Source: Nitrospirota bacterium (GTDB taxonomy: Bacteria > Nitrospirota > UBA9217). From it: a stretch of DNA of 64,000 nt. The notes below the pieces were generated by a model that did not search any database, was not told the DNA's origin, and saw only the letters and a program-made list of their open reading frames with translations. The stretch is taken from assembly GCA_963741205.1 (NCBI GenBank), contig CAVUHW010000020.1, forward strand, positions 1 to 64,000. Reading direction: 5' to 3'. Shown in pieces: positions 44,257 through 53,806 of the stretch. A program made the position numbers and the translations under genes. How positions within the stretch are numbered: position 1 is the first letter of the stretch; every line of letters begins with the position of its first letter.

Positions 44257-45644
44257 CGATGAAATATCAGAGTCAAAAGATAGCGCAGTACTTTTACACC
44301 TTTGCGATCCTGTTGTTCCTGGTCCAGGTCATCGTCGGCATCGTCGCCGCTTTGCAGTTCATCTGGCCGGACTTCTTCATCCTGAAGTTCAACATCATCA
44401 GGACGCTTCATATCAATGCCCTCGTGGTATGGCTTTTGGCCGGGCTCATGGGAGCGACGTACTATGTCGTGCCCGAGGAATCGGAAACCGAGATCTGGAG
44501 CTATCCCCTTGCCCTGTTCCAGTTCTGGGCAACGGTCGTCGCTATCACCGGCGTCGTGCTCGGGTACATCTGGCAGGGTATCGATCCCCAGGCGAACAAG
44601 CTGGTCTTCGGGACCCTTGTCTTGAATGAAGGCCGGGAATATATCGAGGCCCCGCGCTGGGCGGACATCCTGATCGTCGTCTCGGTGCTCCTGTTCCTGT
44701 TCAACAATTTCATGACCATGCTCAAGACGAAAAAGTGGACCGGCATGCAGGGCGTCCTTCTGGGCGGGCTCCTGTTCCTCGCGCTCATGTACCTGCCGGG
44801 CATGTTCTACACCAAGAGCATGGTGAAGGACCAGTTCTGGTGGTGGTGGGTGATCCATCTCTGGGTTGAAGGCGCATGGGAAGTGATCGCCGGAGCGCTC
44901 CTTGCCTTCATGCTGATGAAGGTGATCGGCGCAAAGCGCGAAGTGCTGGAGAAGTGGATGTACATCGAGGTCGGCCTCGTGATGTTCACGGGCATCCTCG
45001 GCACCGGGCATCACTACTACTGGATCGGGACGCCGAAGTACTGGCTCTGGGTAGGCGGGTTCTTCAGCTCCCTCGAACCGGTCCCGCTTCTTCTCATGGT
45101 GTGGGACGCCTTCCGGACCACGCGTGAAGCACGGAACGTGACAAACAGGGCGGGCCTCTACTACACCGTGGCCCATGCCATCTTCAACTTCGTGGGCGCG
45201 GGCCTCTGGGGCGTGATCCACACCCTGCCGCAGGTGAACAAGTGGACCCACGGCACGCAGATCACCACGGCCCACGGCCACCTCGCGTTCTACGGCGCCT
45301 ATGTGCTGCTCGTGATGTCCATGATCTACGTGACCCTGCCGGCGCTCAGGGGCGTCAAGGAATATGATCCTGGAAAGGCCTTTGCTTCGTTCTGGTGGAT
45401 GACGATCTCGATGGTGTTCATCGTGATGGCCATCACCGGCGCGGGCATGGTCCAGACCTATATGGAACGGCTCATGGGCCTCGACTATGTGGCGGTGAAG
45501 GCGAATTACAACCTCTGGTTCTGGATCATTCGGGCGATCTTCGGCGTCGGATTCCTGGTCGGCGTCGCGATCTTCGTCGTGGACTTCTTCACGCTGGGGA
45601 ATAAGCCGTACCCGGCGCTCCAGACGGCAAAAGAACGCGGATAA
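44253..45644 (+). CDS. norB: Nitric oxide reductase large subunit (cNOR)
   Basis: RTLHIN, EGREYIE, WVIHLWVEGAWE, GTGHHYYWIG, AHGHLAFYGAY; 463 aa, no qNOR N-terminal extension. Confidence 0.95.
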   Translation: MTMKYQSQKIAQYFYTFAILLFLVQVIVGIVAALQFIWPDFFILKFNIIRTLHINALVVWLLAGLMGATYYVVPEESETEIWSYPLALFQFWATVVAITGVVLGYIWQGIDPQANKLVFGTLVLNEGREYIEAPRWADILIVVSVLLFLFNNFMTMLKTKKWTGMQGVLLGGLLFLALMYLPGMFYTKSMVKDQFWWWWVIHLWVEGAWEVIAGALLAFMLMKVIGAKREVLEKWMYIEVGLVMFTGILGTGHHYYWIGTPKYWLWVGGFFSSLEPVPLLLMVWDAFRTTREARNVTNRAGLYYTVAHAIFNFVGAGLWGVIHTLPQVNKWTHGTQITTAHGHLAFYGAYVLLVMSMIYVTLPALRGVKEYDPGKAFASFWWMTISMVFIVMAITGAGMVQTYMERLMGLDYVAVKANYNLWFWIIRAIFGVGFLVGVAIFVVDFFTLGNKPYPALQTAKERG

Positions 45645-45670
45645 TAGCTGTTGTTTCACGATGCATATCA

Positions 45671-45707
45671 GGGGGGACTGCTTATTGCCGTCCCCCCTTT
45701 TTGTTTT
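45671..45707 (+). terminator. Intrinsic terminator after norB
   Basis: GGGGGGAC/GTCCCCCC stem followed by T-run. Confidence 0.85.
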
Positions 45708-45837
45708 ATGAACTCTGAGAAAAAGAACTCAGGTGCTTTGCATCGTCGGTGGAATTCTGATAAAGTAAGGGAAAATGACTCACTGACCGGCGAGCGCCAC
45801 CAAGTGCTCGTTAGGGAGAACGGGGCATACAACAATT

Positions 45838-46224
45838 ATGAAAAAAATCCTGCTGATCGATGATGATGCGGCATTTCTAAGACTGCTCCAGGAATACGTC
45901 GAGGAGCGCTATCCCGGCCTCAGGATCACGACCTGCAACGATCCGGTGAAATGCCTGGCCGAAATCTCGAATGACCTCGATCTCCTTCTTGTAGACCTGG
46001 AGATGCCGGGCCTGGACGGCTCCAAGGTACTCTCCTATGCCGTCTCAAAGGGGATGAGCAAAAACCGGATCATCATTCTGTCGGGACGTGATGCCGAGTA
46101 TCTCCATAAACGATTTCCCATGGGAAGTTGTTTGGCCGTGCTCAACAAGTTCGAGGGCGAACAAAGGACCGTTTTAGACATGGTCTTTAAATCTTTGCAG
46201 CAGAAAAGCGGGGAGAAGGACTAA
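45838..46224 (+). CDS. Single-domain response regulator
   Basis: ILLIDDD, VDLEMPGLDG, ILSG, LNK. Confidence 0.88.
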   Translation: MKKILLIDDDAAFLRLLQEYVEERYPGLRITTCNDPVKCLAEISNDLDLLLVDLEMPGLDGSKVLSYAVSKGMSKNRIIILSGRDAEYLHKRFPMGSCLAVLNKFEGEQRTVLDMVFKSLQQKSGEKD

Positions 46225-46272
46225 GGAATAAGGACTGAGGCGTCCCGGATTGATCATCCCGAACGATATCAG

Positions 46273-46690
46273 CTAATATACATCATACCGGCGTTGCACG
46301 ATAAAGTCATGAATCTCCACGAAGATGTTGAACCATGTCTGATCAGCGACTGTTTCGATGGCTGCTCCGATTTCAAACGAATTTTCCTTCTTCAAACAAT
46401 ATTTAACGCGAATCCCGCATGATACGTTTTGAGAAAGCATCTGGGGGATCGAGATAATGCATTCCGTATGCGCGTCGGCGGAAAACGGGACCGGGCTTAC
46501 AAACAGAATGCCGTGCCGGCTGAAGTTGTCCATGGCGACCGCAACGAGAGCATGTCGTCCTCTCAGTTTTACTTCGTTGACGCCCCTCTACGACATGATA
46601 GCGCTCCTCAAGCAGCGATAGAAGATGAGAAGGCCCTCTTGAAGCCTCTGCGACCGGTTTTATTGAAATCCGCTCGCCGGTTCTACTTCA
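46273..46690 (-). CDS. PilZ-like domain protein (5' end uncertain)
   Basis: DNFSRHGILF, CGIRVKYC, FEIGAAI resemble the PilZ D/NxSxxG motif. Confidence 0.5.
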
Positions 46691-46710
46691 CATCAACCTG
46701 AAAGAGCAGT

Positions 46711-48237
46711 CCTGATAACTGCGCTGGGACTTTTTCACTCACATTCCCCAACGAGGGCGCACTGATCAAGCGATACATCTTGCCCTTGACTCTTGAGCCC
46801 GCTAGGGCGCCAGACTTACCTCGTAACAGCCATGCCTGATGCGATGACAGAACTCAAACTTATCATCGCCTACCGCCAACTGAGGATGACTCGCTCCCGC
46901 ATGATGCACAATCCGCCCGGCTATCTGAACCAGCTTCCAACGAAACGTGGCCATAGTATGCCGCGCCGACGTTTCGATGCAGGAAAGTCGTTTGAACCCA
47001 AGGAAAAGATTGTAGGCGATCACGCCAATGCGGAAATACACGGCATTGGCGTAGCTTTGACCGCAAGGCATCTGATCCTGGCCGAAGCCGTATTTGAGCT
47101 CTTTATTGAAGTTCTCCGCCTGCCCGCGCTGATTGTGCCAGCTTAGCACCGTCTGTGCATCCTTTTCTCCTCCGGCCAGTTCGACGCCACTGCATAGTGA
47201 TGATACTTTCCACAGGTTGCATCAAACAGGTCCTGCTGCTTCCGAAGTTCACGCTTTATCACCAGGCGGAATGATGCTTTCGTCTTGTTCATCGTATGTA
47301 CGGCATCGGCAAGCTCATAACCACAGCCCTTTTGCGGCTCTCTCCATGCCGCTTCCGGGATCGTTGTGATAAGCTCCTGCACCGCCGCGTCCTGATCCGC
47401 AGTAATCGTCCACAGCACCGTGTCTTCTTCCAACTCGTTGATGAACTCCGCCTGATAGGAGGCGCTGTCGGCCGAGACCTGGCTATCCGCTTACTTTTGG
47501 GCAAGCACTCTTGGCATCGACGGTAAAACGCCACATGACCGGCAGCGGGTGATTCGTTGCCTTCGCGAAATTCATCGAGCAGGCAAATGGCGGGCTCGAT
47601 CAGAAACCCCACATCGGCATATACCCTTTGTCGCCCTGGTAGGTAAATCGAGCGTCCGCTTTTTCCGCCTCTACCTGCATGGCGTCCATATCGAGAGTGT
47701 ATCCAATAGGGGATCTCGTCGCAGTAACCGATGATTAAGAATGTCCCGAATCTGTCCGAGACAAATGAGCCCTGTCTGATTGTTCTTTGCGTCTCCCATG
47801 CGGCGCAGCCAGTCGCCGATAGTATCGGGGTCGGGAATCTTTTCCCGATAAACCAGATTAAGCAAAGGCTTTTCCTGATGTAACTCACGCATATCTTCGA
47901 GACGACGGCCTCCTGCCTGGAGCATTAGAACCAGAGTGTCTACAAATGCCGAGGGATAATAGCCGCGATTGCTGCCCGGTTCCGGCAGATGCTGGTCGGC
48001 GAGCTCTCGGAGACCCATACTGTGATTGTATTCCGCAAGGAGGGCAAAGCCCGCATGAGCGGTCAACTCCTCGCTCGTTTTTTCGAGCTTGAATCCGAAC
48101 ACGGTTTGTCGTATCATGCTTTCACCTTGTTGGTTAAAGGGATTTGCTTGGTGGCAATCCTTTTATACCCGCTCTGTGAGCGGCCAGCAAGGTTTTTTTA
48201 TTGCATAAACGACTTTTGGATAAATTGCGGAATCAGC
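46711..48237 (-). mobile_element. IS1380-family insertion sequence
   Basis: ~1.5 kb; imperfect TIRs CCTGATAACTGC / GCTGATTCCGCA around one transposase gene; no clear TSD. Confidence 0.82.
46802..48117 (-). CDS. IS1380 DDE transposase (frameshifted)
   Basis: LTAHAGFALL, EFREGN, QRGQAENFNKELK, ANAVYFRIGVIAYNL. Confidence 0.85.
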
Positions 48238-48246
48238 CGATTGCCT

Positions 48247-48289
48247 TATGACCTGTATCATAGCGCCTGACCCCTAATCCTGGTATGAT
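48247..48289 (+). promoter_or_regulatory. CRP/FNR-type box with class II, probably leaderless promoter
   Basis: TATGA-CCTGTA-TCATA centred 29.5 bp before TG-N-TATGAT; ATG 6 nt after the -10 hexamer. Confidence 0.65.
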
Positions 48290-48294
48290 TGACC

Positions 48295-49246
48295 ATGAAC
48301 TTAACGGCCTATCGCAGAATAACCCAGGTGTCGTTCATCCTGTTCATCTTCCTGATGCCGGTGTTCAACATATTCCGGTATGACACGGCAACACACGAAT
48401 TGATCCTCTTCGGCAATGTCTGGAGCCTGGGGTTGAAGCAGGGCTTTTATGCGGACCAGAGCGCTATCGGCGCGCTGCATATCGCCCTCCAGTTTTTTCT
48501 GAAAGCCATCCTCCCCTGGCTCGTGTTCCTTGCCCTGTTCCCGCTCCTCGGCTACTTCACGGGACGGTTCTTCTGCGGCTGGCTCTGCCCCGAAGGGGCG
48601 CTCTTCGAGCTGTCCGATTTTCTGACGCTGCGGCTTCTCGGCAGAAGAAGTCTCTATTCAAAAAAGCCGAACGACCCCGATATACCCCGAGAAAACAGAC
48701 TCCGCTACGTCGATCATCGCTCTGCTGAGCATCGTCGTGATTCCTCTCGTCGGAGGTGTTGCACTCACCGGCTATCTCGTGGCGCCGAAAACCATCTGGC
48801 ACCAGATCACGACGTGGCACTTCACCTTCGGCGTAAAGGCCGGGATCATCGGCGTCGCGATCTACATGCTCATCACCTCGATCCTCGTACGCCACGTGCT
48901 GTGCAGGTTCATCTGCGCAGCAGGGCTCATGCAGATGCTCTTCGGCTGGATCAGCCCCTTGTCCCTCAGGCTCCGTATGGACACCGCGCGGATATCGAAA
49001 TGCACTGACTGCAAGGGCTGTGACAGGGCATGTTTCATGAACGTCACTCCGAGAAAAAACAAGCGGGACATCTCCTGCGTGAACTGCGGGGCCTGCGTTG
49101 ACGCGTGCAATCAGGAACTCGGGCAAAGGCAATGGCCTTTTCCATCTCGGTTTCGGAAAAGCCTGCGTCACAGCCCGAAGAAAATCTGCAAGAAATTCAT
49201 ATCGGATGAAACAGTTAATACGTACATCTGTTTCGTAGATCATTAA
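48295..49246 (+). CDS. NapH/CcoG-like 4Fe-4S membrane protein (frameshifted; end uncertain)
   Basis: GRFFCGWLCPEG, CRFICAAG, CTDCKGCDRAC, CVNCGACVDAC. Confidence 0.85.
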
Positions 49247-49644
49247 CTCGTCGTCCGGATATCTATCGAGCACCGTCTGTCTTTACAGCTGCCGATAAAT
49301 CCTCTTGCGACATAAACGCTCATCCCTCAAGCGTACCTGGTGATTATCAACGCGTCGCGTTGTAGCTTTGCCTGCGAAAATCATCCAACACTGTTACATT
49401 TCGAACCGATCAACCGTTGAAACAATCTGCAGTTAACGTCAGAATACTCCCTTTATTCATATTTCTGCATATTCTTGACAGCCCTTCATCCTTCCGCTCT
49501 AGCCCTGTGATATAATAGCCGCATGGACGACATCGAGAACAATATCGTGTTCTCCCCTGCCTCGCTTCGCTTCGATAAATATCGCGCCACTCTGTCTCTT
49601 CCTTGCAACATTAAGATATTTTTTGATTAGCGCGTCAAATCGAC

Positions 49645-49694
49645 TTGACAATTTTCGCCATTATGGTAAATTAAGGTCTTAAATATCCTAATTA
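49645..49694 (+). promoter_or_regulatory. Sigma70 promoter with overlapping imperfect palindrome (candidate Rrf2 operator)
   Basis: TTGACA...TGGTAAATT followed by ATTAAGGTCTTAAATATCCTAAT. Confidence 0.45.
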
Positions 49695-49716
49695 CATCTT
49701 ACAGGAGGTAACGACC

Positions 49717-50337
49717 ATGTCTGAACATTGCTGCGGTATCCAGGTTGGACAAACTGTACCTGACTTCAAGCTCGAAACCTACGAGCCCACAAGGGGCGAT
49801 TTCGGCGAAATCAGCCTCGCGGGCCCAGATGGCGGCGAAGAAATGGACTGTTCTTTTCTTCTACCCCGCCGATTTTACCTTCGTCTGAGCGACGGAATTT
49901 GCTGCTCTGGCAGAGCAGTATGATGAATTCAAGAAGGCCGGCGCCGAGATCGTGACAGTAAGCACGGACACGAAATTCGTGCACCTTGCGTGGCAACGGG
50001 ACGAAAAGATGCTCGAAAAAGTCAAGTATCCCATGGGCTCCGATCCGACCGGCAACCTCTCCCGGATGTTCGGCGTATACGATGAAGCAATTCCGGTCTC
50101 GCACCTCCGCGGCACATTCATCATCAGCCCGGACGGCGTCCTGCTCAATGCCGAAATCAATTTTTACAATCTCGGCAGAAACGTTCAGGAACTCCTGCGA
50201 AAAGTCAATGCCAACATTCACCTCGCGGCGAATCCCGCCGAAGCCTGCCCCACAAAGTGGAGCAAAAGAAGGCGACAAGACGTTGAAGCCCTCCGCCAAG
50301 ATGGTCGGCAAAGTTTACGAGGCGCATGAACAAATGA
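49717..50337 (+). CDS. Peroxiredoxin (AhpC type), probably selenocysteine-containing (frameshifted)
   Basis: FFYPADFTFV-TGA-ATE: in-frame TGA (49886-49888) at the peroxidatic Cys position; VSTDTKFVHLAW, RGTFII, EACPTKW. Confidence 0.88.
49895..49930 (+). promoter_or_regulatory. Candidate bacterial SECIS hairpin
   Basis: GAATTT-G-CTGCTCT-GGC-AGAGCAG-TATGAT-GAATTC starts 6 nt after the UGA; G in the apical loop. Confidence 0.6.
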
Positions 50338-50338
50338 C

Positions 50339-50730
50339 ATGCTGATAACCAGAGAAACGGATTACGCCGTTCGTACGGTTTTGTACCTGGCAAGAGACCG
50401 GGACCGCAGTGCGAGCGTCACGGAAGTGGCCGATGCGATGCAGATCCCGAAAAGCTTTCTTGCCAAGGTCCTCCAGCGTCTGGTACGGCAGTCATATCCT
50501 GACCTCTATCGCGGGGCGTCAACGGCGGTTTCCGTCTTGCTAAGAAACCTTCGGAAATCAGCCTGCTCACCATCATGGAAGCCGTTCAGGGGCCTGCCGC
50601 AATCAATGTCTGCGCCATCGACAGCAAGCGATGCCGCCTGAGCTCGACCTGTTCCGTCCACCCTGTCTGGGTGGATATCCGGAAGGAGCTGGAAAAACGG
50701 CTCAAAAGGAAACGATCGACAAGCTGATAG
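50339..50730 (+). CDS. Rrf2-family regulator (frameshifted; end approximate)
   Basis: ITRETDYAVRTVLYLA, IPKSFLAKVLQRL, RGVNGGF; C-x5-C-x5-C (VCAIDSKRCRLSSTCSVH). Confidence 0.9.
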
Positions 50731-50796
50731 ACAGCTAACATAATTGCTGCCCAGTAAAACTGGACCCTGGTGGTCCATGCACAAGGAGGCAATAGT

Positions 50797-52199
50797 ATGA
50801 GCGATTATCAATACGATAATCAGACGGTGAAGGGCTTTATCCTCTCCTCGATCTTCTGGGGCGTGGTCGGCATCGTGATCGGGCTCTGGATCTCGGTGCA
50901 GATGTGGATGCCGTCGTGGAACATCCCGCCCTATTTCACCTTCGGCCGGCTCCGGGTCGTGCACACGAACGGGCTCGCCTTCGGGCTCGGGATCGGCGCG
51001 ATATTCGGGATCTCCTACTACATCGTCATGCGGCTGACCAAGCGGCCCCTCCTCTTCCCGAAGCTCGCGCGGTTTCATCTCTGGCTCTTCAATATCGCCA
51101 TTACGCTGGCGGCGCTCTGGCCTCTTTGCCGGCATGAACCAGTCGCTCGAATACGCGGAGCTTGAATGGCCCCTGGACATCGGCGTGGTGATCCTCTGGG
51201 TCATCTTCGCCGTCAATATCTTCGGCACCGTCATCAAGCGCAAAGAGGACCAGATGTACATCTCCCTCTGGTTCATCCTCGCGACGGTCGTCGCCGTTGC
51301 CGTGCTCTATATCGTGAACAACCTGGCGATCCCCGCGGGTCTGACAAAATCCTATTCCCTCTTTGCGGGAGTAAACAGCGCCAACGTGCAGTGGTGGTAC
51401 GGCCACAACGCCGTAGGGTTCATCTTCACCACGCCGATCCTCGCGATGTTCTATTATTTCCTGCCGAAATCAACGGGGCTGCCGATTTACAGCCACCGGC
51501 TCTCCATCATCGCCTTCTGGTCGCTCGTATTCGCCTATCTCTGGACCGGCGCTCATCACCTGGTCTACACGCCGCTTCCTGACTGGATCCAGACCCTCGG
51601 CATCGCCTTCACGATATTTCTGATCGCGCCGTCCTGGGGCTCCGTGATAAACGGCTACTACACCGTGGGGGCCGACTGGTCGAAGATGCAGACGAACTAC
51701 CTGACGAAGTTCTTCGTGCTCGGCATCACCTTCTACGGCCTTCAGACGGTCCAGGGGCCGACCCAGGGCCTCCGGGTCGTGAGCCAGCTCATCCATTATA
51801 CCGACTGGGTGCCCGGCCACGTGCACATGGGCACCATGGGCTGGGTGACCATGACCGTGGTCGCCTCGATCTACTACATCATTCCGAAGATCTACAACAC
51901 GCAGATCTACAGCGAGAAGATCGCCAACATCCACTTCTGGCTCGTCTTGATCGGGCAGCTCATCTTTTCGATCACCATGTGGATCACCGGCATCATGCAA
52001 GGCGCCCTCTGGAAGGCGACGAACCCCGACGGGAGCCTCAAGTACACGTTCATGGAGGGGCTCGCGAAAAACTATCCCTTCTGGCAAATGCGAACGCTCG
52101 GCGGCGTGATCTTCACGGTCGGCATGCTCTTTTTCATCTACAACATCTTCATGACCATGCGCAAGGGGAAGCTTGAACTTGCGCCGGTGAAAGGCATAG
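50797..52199 (+). CDS. ccoN: cbb3-type cytochrome c oxidase subunit I (frameshifted)
   Basis: FGRLRVVHTN, EYAELEWP, QWWYGHNAVGF, WTGAHHL, DWVPGHVHMG. Confidence 0.95.
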
Positions 52200-52210
52200 G
52201 GGGTGATACT

Positions 52211-53148
52211 ATGGCTGGCAATCTCTACAACAAACCGATACTGTTCGCGATCGTCGCGGCCGTCGTCATCCTGATCGGGACCGCGGCTGACCATGTTCAT
52301 CCCGATGCTGACATCGGAGATGCATCCGAAACTCGCAAACCTCAAGCCCTATACCGCGCTCCAGCTCGCGGGCAAGGACATCTACCAGCGTGAAGGCTGC
52401 AACAACTGCCACACCCAGACGGTGCGTCCGCTCAAGACAGAGGTCATGCGCTACGGCGAATACTCGAAGGCCGGTGAATTCGCTTACGACCGCCCCTTCC
52501 TCTGGGGGTCGAAGCGCACGGGCCCGGACCTGGCGCGCATCGGCGGCAAGTATCCCGATCAGTGGCATGAGATTCACTTTGATAATCCGCAGTCAATGTA
52601 CCCGGAATCCAACATGCCGGCCTACGGGTGGCTCAAGAACAATAAGCTCGATCCTGCAGGAGATCGCATCGCACATGAAGGCGAACGATTTCCCCTATGC
52701 GTCCGACGAAATCGTGAATCTCAAGGACAAGACCGAACTCGCCGCGCTGATCGCGTATGTGCAGGTGATCGGAACGTCGGTCAAGAAAGCTCCTGCCGCA
52801 GCTTCGCAGCCAGCTGTGAAGGAAACGCATATCCCGAACCCGCTGGCCGGCGACCCTGTTGCAATCAAGCAGGGCGCCGCCTTGTTCAAACAGCACTGTG
52901 CCGCATGCCACGGCGACAACGGCCAGGGAGGCATCGGTCCCAGCCTGCTCGATAATACGTTCCTGTATATTGCCGGCGATGTGCCTGACGACGATTATTT
53001 CGAGATCATCAACAACGGCACCCAGCCTGGAATGATTGAGGATGGGCGGACGGCAAAAGGCGGTATGCCCTCCTATTCCAGCACGATCGAGAAGAACAAG
53101 ATCTGGGCGCTGGTTTCCTACATCAGATCCCTCCAGGGGAAAAAATAA
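52211..53148 (+). CDS. ccoO: cbb3 oxidase subunit II fused to an extra c-type cytochrome domain (frameshifted)
   Basis: YQREGCNNCHTQTVRP, WGSKRTGPDLAR, SNMPAY; second haem CAACHG...GIGPSL...GMP. Confidence 0.88.
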
Positions 53149-53158
53149 GGAGGCACCT

Positions 53159-53345
53159 ATGGCTGAAGAAATCGACAACATACACGACTTCGAAGCAAAG
53201 GATACGGCAAAAAAACTTCCCGCTGGGATGGCAGATGCTGTTCTGGGGCCTGATTCTCTGGGGAATCTACTACACCGCCGCGCATACTCCTGCCATCAGC
53301 GGATGGTCCCAGGAGCGCGCGTATACGGAGTCCTTGAAACCGTAG
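53159..53345 (+). CDS. Stand-alone CcoP N-terminal-like membrane peptide (frameshifted)
   Basis: AGGAGG RBS; KKLPAGWQMLFWGLILWGIYY...GWSQ after a one-base correction. Confidence 0.65.
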
Positions 53346-53417
53346 AGCCCCTTAGGGCCGCGATCGCAGTCTATCACGCGTCCCCGACCCAGTTCCTTCC
53401 CTTGCATCGGGGAGGTA

Positions 53418-53508
53418 ATGATGGATATATCCATTGTCGCCACGATCGGATTTACCACGGCGCGTGATCGGGATCATCGTACTCGTTTTTGCGGCGGGAA
53501 AAGGGTAG
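53418..53508 (+). CDS. Small membrane peptide, copy 1 (~29 aa)
   Basis: GGAGG RBS; MMDISIVATIGFTTAVIGIIVLVFAAGKG after indel correction. Confidence 0.5.
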
Positions 53509-53529
53509 AGCAAAAGCGACGGTGTACTA

Positions 53530-53624
53530 ATGGATATATCGAATCGATTCGCCACAATACGGATTCACCACGCGCCGCCAGTAATCGGCATCATTCGTCC
53601 TCGTTTCTTTCAGCGGGAAAATGA
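53530..53624 (+). CDS. Small membrane peptide, copy 2 (degenerate or error-rich)
   Basis: Nucleotide paralogy to copy 1 (ATGGATATATC, CGCCAC, CGGATT, ACCACG, ATCGG, ATCAT, CTCGTTT, GCGGGAAAA). Confidence 0.4.
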
Positions 53625-53660
53625 AAATTGAGCGAACCCTCCGAGAATTGAGGGCATTTC

Positions 53661-53806
53661 ATGGAAACACAAGCATGGGCATATTTTCTGTTCGGGCTCG
53701 CCCTGGTCGTGCTCTTCGTGATCATCATCGCGCATTATTATTCCAGGAAAGCGGCACAGAAAAGATCGAAGAAGCAAAGCATAAAATGCTGGATGATGAT
53801 GACTAG
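53661..53806 (+). CDS. ccoQ: CcoQ-like small subunit
   Basis: One TM helix, then YYSRK...IEEAKHKMLDDD. Confidence 0.65.

Noticed and set aside
44220-45659. Long antisense ORFs (for example 479 aa opposite norB, 421 aa opposite the kinase, 405 aa opposite the TSUP gene)
   Set aside because: These are shadow ORFs expected from high-GC3 codon usage; they have no motifs or RBS.
51134-52393. CcoN reading in frame into CcoO (possible CcoNO fusion)
   Set aside because: A TAG at 52197-52199 lies one homopolymer base out of frame, and a GGGGGTGA RBS precedes the ccoO ATG, so separate genes are more parsimonious.
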